Below, one piece after another: positions 11,186-21,901 of a stretch of 64,000 bases of DNA. The notes beneath the pieces were generated by a model. That model did no database searches. It was not told the origin of the DNA and saw nothing but the letters and a program-made list of their open reading frames with translations. Numbering within the stretch: the first letter of the stretch is position 1; every line of letters starts with the position of its first letter. A program made the position numbers and the translations under genes. This DNA is from Saprolegnia diclina VS20 (Eukaryota). The stretch spans positions 249,749 to 313,748 of the forward strand of contig NW_008246085.1 in the NCBI RefSeq assembly GCF_000281045.1. Reading direction: 5' to 3'.

Positions 11186-13118
11186 TTATCGGCGATGCAG
11201 CTCGGTCTGCTTGAGAATGGCCAAGACGTCGCGCATGTCGTCGTCGTTCGCGAGCCCTTCGTCGCACTCGGGGGGCGAACTTGGCACAAGAGACGACGGC
11301 GTCCGGTCCATATCGTTGATCTCCGTTTCGTCGTCGCTCTCCTGGAGGCTCTCGATAAGCACACGCTGCGTTGCGAGACTGTGCTGGCCCTCCGGCGACG
11401 TCATTGGGCGTGACTGGACCAGCGGCGGCGCCTCGCGCACATAGCAGAGCGACTCGGCGCGCTTGAGCAGCAAGTAGTAGAGCGTCGAGAGGCTGTTGTG
11501 GCGCTTCTCGCGCAGTGCCGCCTCTGCGTCGTGGCGCGAGAGCCCCAGCGCCGATATTGCGTCCAGCACGCTTGTGCGCAGCTCTTTGGAGAGCGCTGGA
11601 GGCAGCGTGCCGAGGCTGATCTGTCGGTACAACGGCGCGGACGGACGCTGCATTGGCGACGCAAACCGACGCACCCACGGGTGCGCGCGAACGTCCATGA
11701 TCGTGAGACGCTACAAGCGATCAGAGAAGGGTTGACATACAACGCCGTACCTTGGTCGGATCGGCGTCGAGCATTCCCCGAAGCAGCTCTTGGGCATCGG
11801 CGCTCAGCGTCGACGGCATCTCGTACGCGCCGCGGAGAATTTTGCGGTACAAGTCGTTGTAGTTGCGCGCGCGGAACGGGAAAAAGCCCGAGAGCATTGC
11901 ATAGAGGAGGATGCCGAGGCTCCAGACGTCAACCGGCGGGCCCCAGTAGCTCTTGCGCTGGACGATCTCGGGCGCCATGTAACAAGGCGTGCCGCAAAAC
12001 GTCTGGAATGGTTTGGCGGTCTGAAGCGCCGAGAAGCCAAAGTCGACGAGCTTGACAAGCCCGTGCTTGTCCAAAAGAACGTTCTCGAGCTTGACGTCGC
12101 GGTGCACCCAGTGCCGGTCGTGCATGTACACGAGCGCCGAGAGCACTTGGGCAAAGAGCGGGCCCGCGTCAGCTTCTTTCAGTCGGCGCTGCTGCTTGAC
12201 GTACTCGCACAAATTGGTCACGTCGCTCGTCACGTGTTCCATGACCAAGTGCAAAGTCGACGGATCTTCAATCGCTTCAAAGAGCCGAATGATGCACCTA
12301 CGGTTCTGGATATAAGTCACCTCTGCAGGAATGAGCACCGCGTACGGGTGATCGAGGCGCTCCATCACACGGGCCTCGTACTGAATGCGCTTCCACTGGT
12401 GCGCGTCCCGGGCACGGCTGCGCTCGTATGACTTGATCGCGACGACTTGGTTGGACGCCTTGTGCGTCGCCAATCGGACCTTGCCAAAGGTCCCAGAGCC
12501 AATGACAGGCCCGAGCTCGTAGCCGCAAAGACCTTTGGCCCGCACGCTCGCGGCGTCCGTGGCCTGCACAATCTCTTCCAACGCATGCTGGAGCTCGTCG
12601 ATCGTCAGCGTCCGAGGCGCGAAGGGTTCAAAGGCGCGCGTGCGTGTGACAAGTTCGCGCTGGTTGCTTCGCGTCGGCGCCGCGCTTTTGCAGCGGGGCA
12701 CCTACGGCACTATAAATGCATTGCTCCCACGGAAAAGTATACCCCCGGCACTGGCTTCTGTAGTTGTCTGCGCTGCAGCTCCGACGCCTTGTTCTCTGCG
12801 AGCATCCGCGCGCACGTGAGCGCATATTGCAGCTTCTTGCCGGCACCCGCCGTCTTGGGTCGTACAACCGCGGCCCCTGTCGTCGTCGGCTTCGGCTTGG
12901 TCGCCCAATGTGTTGTCGCCTGGACACTGCTCTAAGCTTTACATGTTTACGATGGCAACAGACCGGTGATGGGCGAGAGGAGGCGGTTGCCGCCAACGTC
13001 TTGCTGCTACTGCTAGCGCCACCGTGAGACGATACACGCGTGGAGAGCAGAACCTCGAGGTGCGCAGCGGCACGTGGCGCGCGGTCGTCTGCCGCGTCGC
13101 GAAGAAGGCGTCGCCCAT
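11186..13118 (-). CDS. SNF1/MARK (CAMKL)-type Ser/Thr kinase with UBA domain; multi-exon, 5' exons less certain
   Basis: IGSGTFGKV, VAIK, HRDVKLEN, DFG, TFCGTPCYMAPE, DVWSLG; UBA-like VLDAISALGLSRHDAEAALREKRHNSLSTLYYLL; intron 12298-12345 and others. Confidence 0.85.
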
Positions 13119-13186
13119 GGCTGGCGCGGGAGCTCGCAGGTGCACTTTGGTTGGCCGCCTAATTTTAGCGCCAAGTTGATCATTCC

Positions 13187-14555
13187 ATGACTGACGGACA
13201 GCGCCACCCGAGTCCGAGGCGGCTATATGAGCACTGGGGCTGCCTCGCGAGCCCGATCCACGACGACGACGTGGACGGCATCAACCACGCGTTCAACGGT
13301 CTACAAAAGTGATATATGTGACGCTTACATCGCGTTGCGTAGCCACCGACACGCGCGAGGCACTGCGACCGCTGTCGTTTTGGGTACACCCTCATATAGT
13401 GCACCATGTACAACCCTGGAAGCGCGCAGGACAACAAGGTGCCGGGCCCCGGGAGGTACCCCGTCGAGCGCATCCAAACCGGCTTCAAACCGCCGCGCGC
13501 CGTGACGCCATACAGTACGTCACCACGGCGGTAGCGCGTGCTCACCTCGAACTTGGCCAGAGACGAACCAGTCGCGGATCCAAAAGCCAGGTACCCCAGG
13601 GCCCGGTCAATATACGGCCAACCTCGGTGCGGTGTACACGACGCCGCCGTTCGACGACCTCTTGCGGTACTGTCGCAGTTGCATCGCTCGCAACACTGTA
13701 TTTGTGTCCAGAAAAGCACCGCTCAAGGACTTGACGCCCCAGCGCATACGCATCAAGCTCATTGAGCGCGAGATCCACGAGATCCAGTACCATAAGAACC
13801 AAGTGCTGCAGTCACTGCCAATCGAAAAACAAAAGGCGCTCGTGGCCGAGACGAAAACCAAGATCCACACGCTTATCGACGAAAAGGCCAAGCTCCTCGA
13901 CGACGTTCGGCCCGCCACGTGCGCTCGATCTGCTCTATTTCCATCTAAAAGCGCTTGTAGGACGGGCAATCCGACGTTGCACCGGTCCAAGACTCTCGGC
14001 TTTCTCCAAGGCGAGCACCGGTTCTTTGACGCGCTCGACTGCTCCAACACCAAGTACGACACCCCGTCGCCGGGCTTCAACCAAGACCTCGCGGCCCATT
14101 CGACGTTTATCAAGTCGCCGGCGTACGTTTGTGGCTGGCCGCTCCGCCTTTGAGTGTGCCGACGTAGGCTGCCCACGATTCCGCGCGGCAAGCGAGATAC
14201 GATCGTGCAGGTTCGACAACAAGGTGCGACCGACGTGTGCGTTGCTGTCTTCACGCGCTCGGTAGTGTACATCACATCGCCGCTGCAGCCACAGACAGTG
14301 GCGCCGGGCCATTACATGCCTGGGCTCTGCAAGCCGCGAGCGCCCCAGTCACCGCAGGTCCCGCGCGAGAAGGCGCAACTGACACTGCGCCTCATGAACC
14401 AAGCCACCAAGACAAAGCTGCCCGAGCGCATGTACCTCAACGAGCTCGTCCAAGAACGGTCTCGGAAGCGCGCCGAGCAAAACATGCTCCGCGACATCAA
14501 CGACGTGCGACGGCTCGACGAGTTTGCGGCGCCGACGCTGCCCGCGTCATCGTAG
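13187..14555 (+). CDS. SHIPPO/PG-rich repeat (ODF3/STPG-like) protein, probably flagellar; multi-exon
   Basis: Hand-spliced exons contain VPGPGRYP, TPGPGQYT, TPSPGFN and VAPGHYMP. ATG 13187 follows an Inr-like TCATTCC. Exon boundaries are approximate. Confidence 0.6.
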
Positions 14556-14601
14556 GAGGCTGCTTATAATCTTATAATCCACACTGCTGAGACTCGTATT
14601 G

Positions 14602-15495
14602 TTACCCTTGTTGGCCTTGCTGCTTGCGGGCCAAGTAGCGCTCTTTCGCTTCGCGAATCAAGTCTTCCCGGCTCTTCTTCGCCGGCGCGACCGGCACTTC
14701 GTTCTGGATCGTCTCGTTCACGGGCGCGTCGACGGACGACGTTTCGTCCATTGGCGTAGCGACTGTGTCCACAGGCGTGTCTTCACTGGCAGGCGCCGCC
14801 GGCTCGTTGGTCTGCGGTGCGTCGTCGACGACCTTTTGCCGCTTGGACGCCTCGGAAATGTGCCCCGTCGTGTAGGCGCTTGTCGCCTTCTCGACGTCGC
14901 CGCCCATCGCAATGTTGTTGGTGAGCAAATTGGCGTAGAAGCCGGCCATGCCGAGCTCGCCCCGCTTGGTGACATCTTGGGCGTCTTCAATGGCGGCGAG
15001 CCGAGCGTCCTCCTCTTCCCAGCGCTTGGCTTCCATGAGCTTGCGCTTGTACGAGGACGTGATGAACTTTTCCTTGTCGCCGTGGATCTTGTCGTCTTCT
15101 TCACGCTCTTTCAGAAGGCGGCGCTCGCGAATGCGGTCGTGCTCAATCTCGCGCACCTTGGCCTTCTCCAGGAGCACGTTGATGTACTTGGACTGCGGGA
15201 CCCCTTGGACCTTCTTGGCCGCCTTTTGCTTGACGCGCTCGGCCTGCATCGAGTCGTAGACGCCATCATAGTCGAACGCGTTCGGGTCGCTTGCAAGCGC
15301 TTCTTGGACGGCGCGGTCCGACTTGCTCTGGTTGACGACGGCCAGCATAGGCACTGGTGGCGGTGGTAGGTTGGTCCTTCGTGATGGCTCTGGAGGGCGC
15401 TCGTCCATGGAGAAGAGTTTGGGTCCTTGCGCCATCGGGTTTATCACCGGCTTGACAGCCTTCTTCCCCGGCTTGAGCTTCATCGAGAACGCCAT
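14602..15495 (-). CDS. NSRP1: Nuclear speckle splicing regulator NSRP1/CCDC55-like (DUF2040)
   Basis: ALASDPNAFDYDGVYDSM...SKYINVLLEKAKVRE...ERRLLKERE...DKEKFITSSYK; C-terminal EAKERYLARK. Confidence 0.88.
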   Translation of the reverse strand: MAFSMKLKPGKKAVKPVINPMAQGPKLFSMDERPPEPSRRTNLPPPPVPMLAVVNQSKSDRAVQEALASDPNAFDYDGVYDSMQAERVKQKAAKKVQGVPQSKYINVLLEKAKVREIEHDRIRERRLLKEREEDDKIHGDKEKFITSSYKRKLMEAKRWEEEDARLAAIEDAQDVTKRGELGMAGFYANLLTNNIAMGGDVEKATSAYTTGHISEASKRQKVVDDAPQTNEPAAPASEDTPVDTVATPMDETSSVDAPVNETIQNEVPVAPAKKSREDLIREAKERYLARKQQGQQG

Positions 15496-15770
15496 GACGG
15501 TCCCAGGTCGCCTCTGCCTCCCACGCAAAAGAATAAATTACCGAATTTCAACTTAATTCGGACAAAGCCGAATTGAAGGTCGGCCAACAAGGATCTTATG
15601 CCGAGTGGCAAATTTGGGCAACCAGATCTGGAGCACGAGTGCAAGTGGTAAAAGAAGGTGGTTTGCGCAAGCATGACCATAGTCTACCAACATATCTCGA
15701 AATGTAGATTCGCCACAGCTTTCGTACTAAACTCATGGACCTCGCACAGTACAGCGAACAAAATAACAAG

Positions 15771-16712
15771 CTAACTTTCGTGAAAGAGCGGGCGGTAGCC
15801 GAGGATGAAGTCCATGTCGGCAGCCGATCGGTGCCGATGCACGTCGCGGCCCGGGAGAAGCCAATGCCATCGAAAGGTCGCGCTGCCGAACAGCACGCCG
15901 AGTTTCTGCGTCAGCGTGGCTCTCTTCACGCGTCGGTCCTGCGCACGCGTCATCTGGACGATCCACGCGATGCGCTCGTCGTAGTGGATGCTAAAGACCT
16001 CGAGGATCAGCATGATGGCGGCAAGCGCGCCAAAGATGAACGCGACGGCCATGACGGCTACACCGGCCTTGCCCGGCTGCTTGCCGTCGTCGAGGCCGCA
16101 CGTCTCCGGGCACGATGCGACTTGGGCTACCGTCATGCTGCCCATGTAGACGCACGTCGAGAAGAGGTAGATGAGCAGCAGCACAAAGTTCTTGAGGTTG
16201 CCGACCCCGACGCAGTTGTTGACCCATGGACTACGCAATCGCTTCATTCGTCAACGATACGATGATGGGATGCGATACCAGTGATGGTCCATCATGGTGA
16301 TGCAGCCTTGGCACGAGTCGCAGTGCGTGACACTATATACAGCCCATTGTCATATACAGCCTCGCTCCACCGACGCCTCCTACCATCTCGGGCGCGCCGC
16401 GTCGCAAAGGTCGCAGTGGAGCGTCGTGCCTTCATCTTGCAATGGCACATGCTCGGCGTCAGCGTCGTCACTCGCGGGCGCCGCAAGCACTTGTACGTAC
16501 TTGGGCACGGTGCCTGGGTTGGTTGTCATCGTGTACCAATGCGCCGAGGCCGTGAGGACGCTTAGCACAAGCAGGCCGGTGGCGAGGATACCGCTGGCCA
16601 TCGACGCGCCTAGCCACCCGTGCATGTTGCTCAGGCAGAGGCCGACGCCAGCCAGCATGAGCGCGATGCCCAGGAGCGCCACGATGAAGCCGCCGTCCGT
16701 GACAAACCACAT
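15771..16712 (-). CDS. DHHC palmitoyltransferase; at least three exons
   Basis: Spliced CDLCDAARP..VTHCDSCQGCITMMDHHC|PWVNNCVGVGNLKNF; TTNPG motif; four TM segments. Confidence 0.92.
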
Positions 16713-16766
16713 CGCGCTGTGGTCGGGTGCGGACCGCACGGGCCGCCCGTCCGGATACTGTGCTAG

Positions 16767-16835
16767 AAAAGCGCACCTCAAAAGGCGCACCGCTTTTCGA
16801 ATTCTATTTTCGAAGAGGCAATCAGGTGCGCTTTT
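16767..16835. repeat. Perfect 12-bp inverted repeat in a divergent promoter
   Basis: aaaagcgcacct (16767-16778) and aggtgcgctttt (16824-16835), with two ttcgaa palindromes in the spacer. Confidence 0.85.
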
Positions 16836-16942
16836 AAAAATAGCAACCGGATAGTATCGTATCCGGAATGCGATCTAAAAATAGCCAACGCCTGCGGCAG
16901 GTTTCATTCTTGCTCGGGAAGCCGCCAGAACAGAAGCAAAAG

Positions 16943-18611
16943 ATGAGCCAAGTAGAGAGCAGCGTAGCCCCGACGAAGGCCGGCTCCATGAGCGACCTCA
17001 AGCGCGATAGCTCGTTGAAGATGACCGGCAACGACGGCAAGGTAGACGCCTCCATGAAGCGTGGGTCGATCATGATGGAGACAAAGGTCGACACGCTCAC
17101 GAAGCCGGGCTCGACGACGGACCTCGGCGGCTCGAGCAAGAACCTGACGCGCATCCCGTCCATCACGAAGCGCGACCTTGGCAGCAAGTCTGGCATTGAG
17201 ATCCGCTCCATGGCCGAGGACAACAAGCCATCTGCCATCGTCGCCAGCTCGGTCGTGGCCGTGTCGGCCGTGGAAGCTCCCGCCATCGCGAAGGAAGCTA
17301 CGGTAAGCCAGAATGTGTCAAAGGCACCCGTGACCACGGATGCAATGAAGGTCTCTCCGTCAGTCGACGTGGCGCCTTCCGCAGCCAAGGTCGAAGTGAC
17401 GCCCATCGTCACCGACGCGGCCAGTACAGTCCCGGCCGTCAAGATTGGCGACCGGATCAGCCTTCATGCGGCGTGTCCCGGGGCTCCCGGTGACGGTGGT
17501 CTTTTGGCCTTCGTCCAAGAAGGCAAGGGAAAGTCTGCGCAGCGCGTACTGGCCGTCCCACCGACCCAAGGCGAGGCCCACCAAGCTGTTTTCATTATGT
17601 ATGCTCCATCAGCCTTTACACGCTCCGTGTCTTATGTTCACGGATTAGCGCACCACTGGTTGGTACTGCCGCTGCATCGGAGCTCAAGTACAACCAGCAG
17701 TTCTTTCTGCACGTGGTGGACGCCAAGGGTGGCGTGCAGTCGCTCAACAACGACCCGCCAGGCGCCGGCGACTTTATCGGACTCCAGAAGGCGGGCGCAA
17801 AGGGCGAGATGACGTGCTACTTTTCCAAGCCCAACAGCAGCGGGGTACGACATTGTCATTCCTTCTTCTGCATCGTAGTCACCATATCCGTAGGTGGTCA
17901 AATTCGATGATGCGGACCTTGTCATTACGGTCCACGACTCGAACCGTACCCGAAAGCACTTCAACAACGCCATGACCTACTACAAGCGGCTCAAGGGGAC
18001 GCCAGGAGGGTACCTCTCGAGTGCCAAGAAGGGCACACCGGTCACGTTCAGTGTTCGCCAAGCCGATAACAGCATCCCGCCCCTCGTATGCTTTCGTCGA
18101 TGGACAGCATGTTGAAGTTCATGCAAATGCGTAGACACCGACGTCTCCCGTGGCCAGAGACAGCGTCACCAACGCGTCGCGGACGAGCACTGTCGAAAAG
18201 GCAGACCTCGAGGCCGCCGCCGCCGAGGCCAAGCTTGCGGTGGAGATTGCGCAGCCGCAAGAGACGTACGTGGCGCCCGAGATTGTCCTGACGCCAACCA
18301 AGGCCAGCGTGCTCAAGCAAGAGAGCAGTGATGTTCGCGACGAAGAAGTCATCAAGATGGACAACTCGTCGAGCGTCATTCAAAACAACGAAAAGACCGC
18401 GGTGATAGCTGACGGCCCAGTCGTTGTCGCGCCGCCGACAGTGTCGCCGCACTTGGCAGCAATGAAGCCAGTTGCACGAGCGGCCCCAACGGCGCCAAAG
18501 AGCCTCGTCGTCGACCACACCAAGACGTCACGGGCCGAGACCGCGTACGATGACGACAACGGCGCGTCACCCGCAGCTTGCGCAGGCGGCCAGTGCTGCA
18601 CAATCTCGTAG
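16943..18611 (+). CDS. Hypothetical multi-exon protein ending in a CaaX box (CAGGQCCTIS)
   Basis: Codon-biased ORF segments are joined by short GT-AG introns. An Inr-like TCATTCT lies upstream of ATG 16943. The protein ends CTIS-stop. Confidence 0.65.
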
Positions 18612-18911
18612 AGTTGAACAAAGCACACACACCGAGATTCGGTACCTTGCATAACCTTCTATCAACTAGAATTACACTTATTCATGACCTTACTTACGTT
18701 TTGTCGAAAAACAAATTCGAACAAGGTCAGCAACACAACACCATTAGTATGCTAGGAGAGCAGTATGGTGAGGTGGGACGGGGCATGCACCTCTTTGCCC
18801 AGGCACTTCGCCCCTTGCGCTTCACCCTGGGGCTAGGGGATCTGGAAACCACAGACAGGCGGCGGGCGTTACGCAGTTAATCTTACTTGGCGCGTTCTCA
18901 AAAGGGCGACA

Positions 18912-20860
18912 ATGTCCATGTCCTACAGCGAGCTCGGGTCGGCCGTCGCGCCGCGCTACGCAAGCACGACATCGCTCAAGACGACGCCGTTCAAGACGTC
19001 GTTCTCGCCCCGGAGTGCGCTCTCGGTCGTCAAGGAGGTCGGCGTAGTGTCGCCGCTTGACCATCCAGCCTCGTTGTCTGGGGTCAAGCCGGCTCCAACC
19101 AAGATGGTTGCGCCGATGCCTGCGCCCTACTTGATGACTGAGTCGCAGCAAGAGCTCACCGAGATCCAGCAGTCGGTCGAGCGCCTCAAGAAGCAGCGGC
19201 TTCAGGTTTCCACGTTCAAAGACAAGCTCGGTAAAGACATTTCCGTTGTAGGTCGAGCACATTCGCCACGAGAACGAGCGGCTCGAGATCGAGCTCATGC
19301 GGGAGCGCGGCGAGAACCGCGTCTTGCGCCAAGAGGTTGATGCTACAAAGATGAGGTCCACTTGCGTATCCGAATGCACGGTAGACGGACCGGTTCAAAA
19401 TTGTCGAAGCCGACTTGGAAAAGCAAACCGGCAAGCTCACGTCGCTCGAGGCCAAATACGACCGGCTCGAGAGTGCATACCGAGAGAAGCGCAGTGCGCT
19501 CGCCGACGCCCAGGAAAAGCGCGTCGCACTGGAGAAGCGCTGGTCCATGGCGACTGACAACCTCCAGCGCATGGTCGACGAAACCACCAAGACGTACGAG
19601 GCCAAAGTGATTGCACTCGAAGACGACGTTATGGACCGTGAGGCCAAGGTGCAGCAGCAGCAAGAAGAGATGGACGAGTTGCGCTGCCTGCACGTACGTT
19701 GGTTATTTGTTTTGCAAAGCCTCAAATCGCGGGTAGGAGAGTGCGCAAATGAAGCTCGACAAGAAGATCGAGCGCCTCGAGAACGCCAACATCGACCTCG
19801 AAAAAAAGTACTTGGCGCAAATCGAGGGACTCGAAGCCGCGACCGGGAAACTCGAAGCGGAAAAAGCGGAAATGGACCAAAAAGTATTCCTGTGGCAAAA
19901 TGCGCGAAGCTTGCTGAACACGGTGCAACTAGATTGCATCGCTCGTGGCGACAACGACGCGTCAGACCGCGATGATCCAAGAGTGTGACCGCGTCATTTG
20001 CGAGTCGGAAGTACGCCAAACCATCGATTGCCGAGCAGAGTGAGGACAATGGGTGCATGTAGGAGCGCATGAACGAATTCATGAAGCGCAAAAACGCGCA
20101 GAGCAAGACCCAGACAGACCTCGAGGCCAAGAACCACGCGCTCGAGCAAAAGCTCAAGGTCCTCGAGATCGAGACCAAACACGAACTCGATGCGCTTCAG
20201 AACACCAACGAAGTAGAGTGCACGAGGACGAGCGAACGACCCCGTCTGACGCTGGTGTTATGGTAGGTGCTGCAGAAGCAGCTCGACGAGAAAACTAGTC
20301 ATATTACCGAGCTGGAGAACTCGATCGCTGAGAACGAGCGCTTGTCTGCAATTCCACCGCGTCGATATCTGATGCGTGTCCTAGGGCGACGAGCAGCCAG
20401 CGTGAAATGGTCGTGCGGGAGCGCCACCGCTTCCACTTGGACGAGGTAGTCCACGCTAGCAGCTTGTCTTGCCACGTCATATTTGTGTTTTAGGCCAACA
20501 AGGAGCTGCGCAAGCGCGAAAAGGTGTTGCAGAGCACGATCGAGGGCTTGGAGGCCAACTTGCGCGTACGTCGCTGGACGAGTCACTGTCGTGGTCGCTC
20601 ACAATGGTGCTAGGACGTTGTGGACGATCGCAAAGGGCTCATTGAGCGCATCTCGGCGCTTCAAGGTTGTCCAAAGCGGAACGTCACGCGTTCACTCATC
20701 CTATTGCGTCGTAGACCAACTCGAGCTCGAGCGGCAGGACCGCGCGCGCTGGGCGTCGACGCGGCTTCGGCTCCTCGCGCAGTTTTGCGACGAGGAAAAT
20801 AAGCTCAGCGAGTCGCTTGGCTCGCACCACACGACCCTACTCTCCAACTTGAGCGACTGA
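18912..20860 (+). CDS. Hypothetical coiled-coil protein, multi-exon
   Basis: E/K/Q-rich heptad segments (LEAKYDRLESAYREKR, MKLDKKIERLEN, LELERQDRARW) separated by short GT-AG introns. Confidence 0.65.
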
Positions 20861-21901
20861 TCAGCCAAGGCGCCTCTCGAAACACTTGCAGCTTGGTAAT
20901 CGACGTAATGACGCAGGCCCGCCGTTTATGCGATCTTCGCCCGAGCAAAGCTCGCAGACCGGCGCATGTCGCATGAAAGAGCGAGCGAATCACAATGCGC
21001 GAAGACCATCCAGCGCGTGCCTGCTTGATGTCCAGAGAGCAGGAGCGATGGAGAGGCAGATGTGCATTTTACGCAATGCGTTAAACGTTTTGCCTTGGGC
21101 GCGGGTATTGAAGCGGGTCAGATCGCGAACGCATTCGAAAGTTGCGCAACAAGTGCAAGGTCGGATGCTACAAGTAGCTAGAATCATGCACCCTCGTGGC
21201 CATGCAACGACGGCAAGTTGCTCATTGTATAAGCAGCGTATCGTCCCACGGAGACGGCAGCGGGTTGCATGATGCCGCAACATGCTATCAGATCTTATTT
21301 GGCGTCCAAGATGATCGTGAGCTATTCTCCGTCGCACGCTTTCCGTCAGCGCAGCGCGTCCGCATATTCAGGTATCTCTTCCGCCAGTCTCTCGACCATG
21401 CAGGTCTAGCCGTTACCACAATTGTCGACTTGGACACAGCCACGCGCCGAGAGCAAGTTTGTGGAGACTGCTCGCCGTCGAGACGGGCGCTATGAGCTTG
21501 ATCCCAGCTACACTTCATATATACGACTAGTATTACCGGTACTACCGGTACGCAACGGACGTGCAGTGCTACCTTTCAACATGCCTAGTTTCCAGCGGCT
21601 TCGTTGCTGACCCGATCGTTCTCGTCGTCCATCATCGCAGTGGGGCAGGAAGGAATAAAACGTACTTTAACGCACGTTTTAACGCACGTTAAAGAGCCCG
21701 TTACACCTCTCTGCCCGTTCGTGGACGGTCCGCGGAACACAATGGCTCTTGCAATTTGTATGCGCTGATATTTTCGGGGTTCGAATAATATTACTGCAGC
21801 CGCCTGGTTTATGCCCACGCTGGAGTGGTCCATAGAAATTAAAAAACAAATTAATTCGCCGATCCCGGCTGGAGCGTTCAGTTCCGAATTTCACGAGCAC
21901 G

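Noticed and set aside
20870..21600. Short ORFs upstream of the Cu-ATPase
   Set aside because: No consistent exon chain or family motif could be built.
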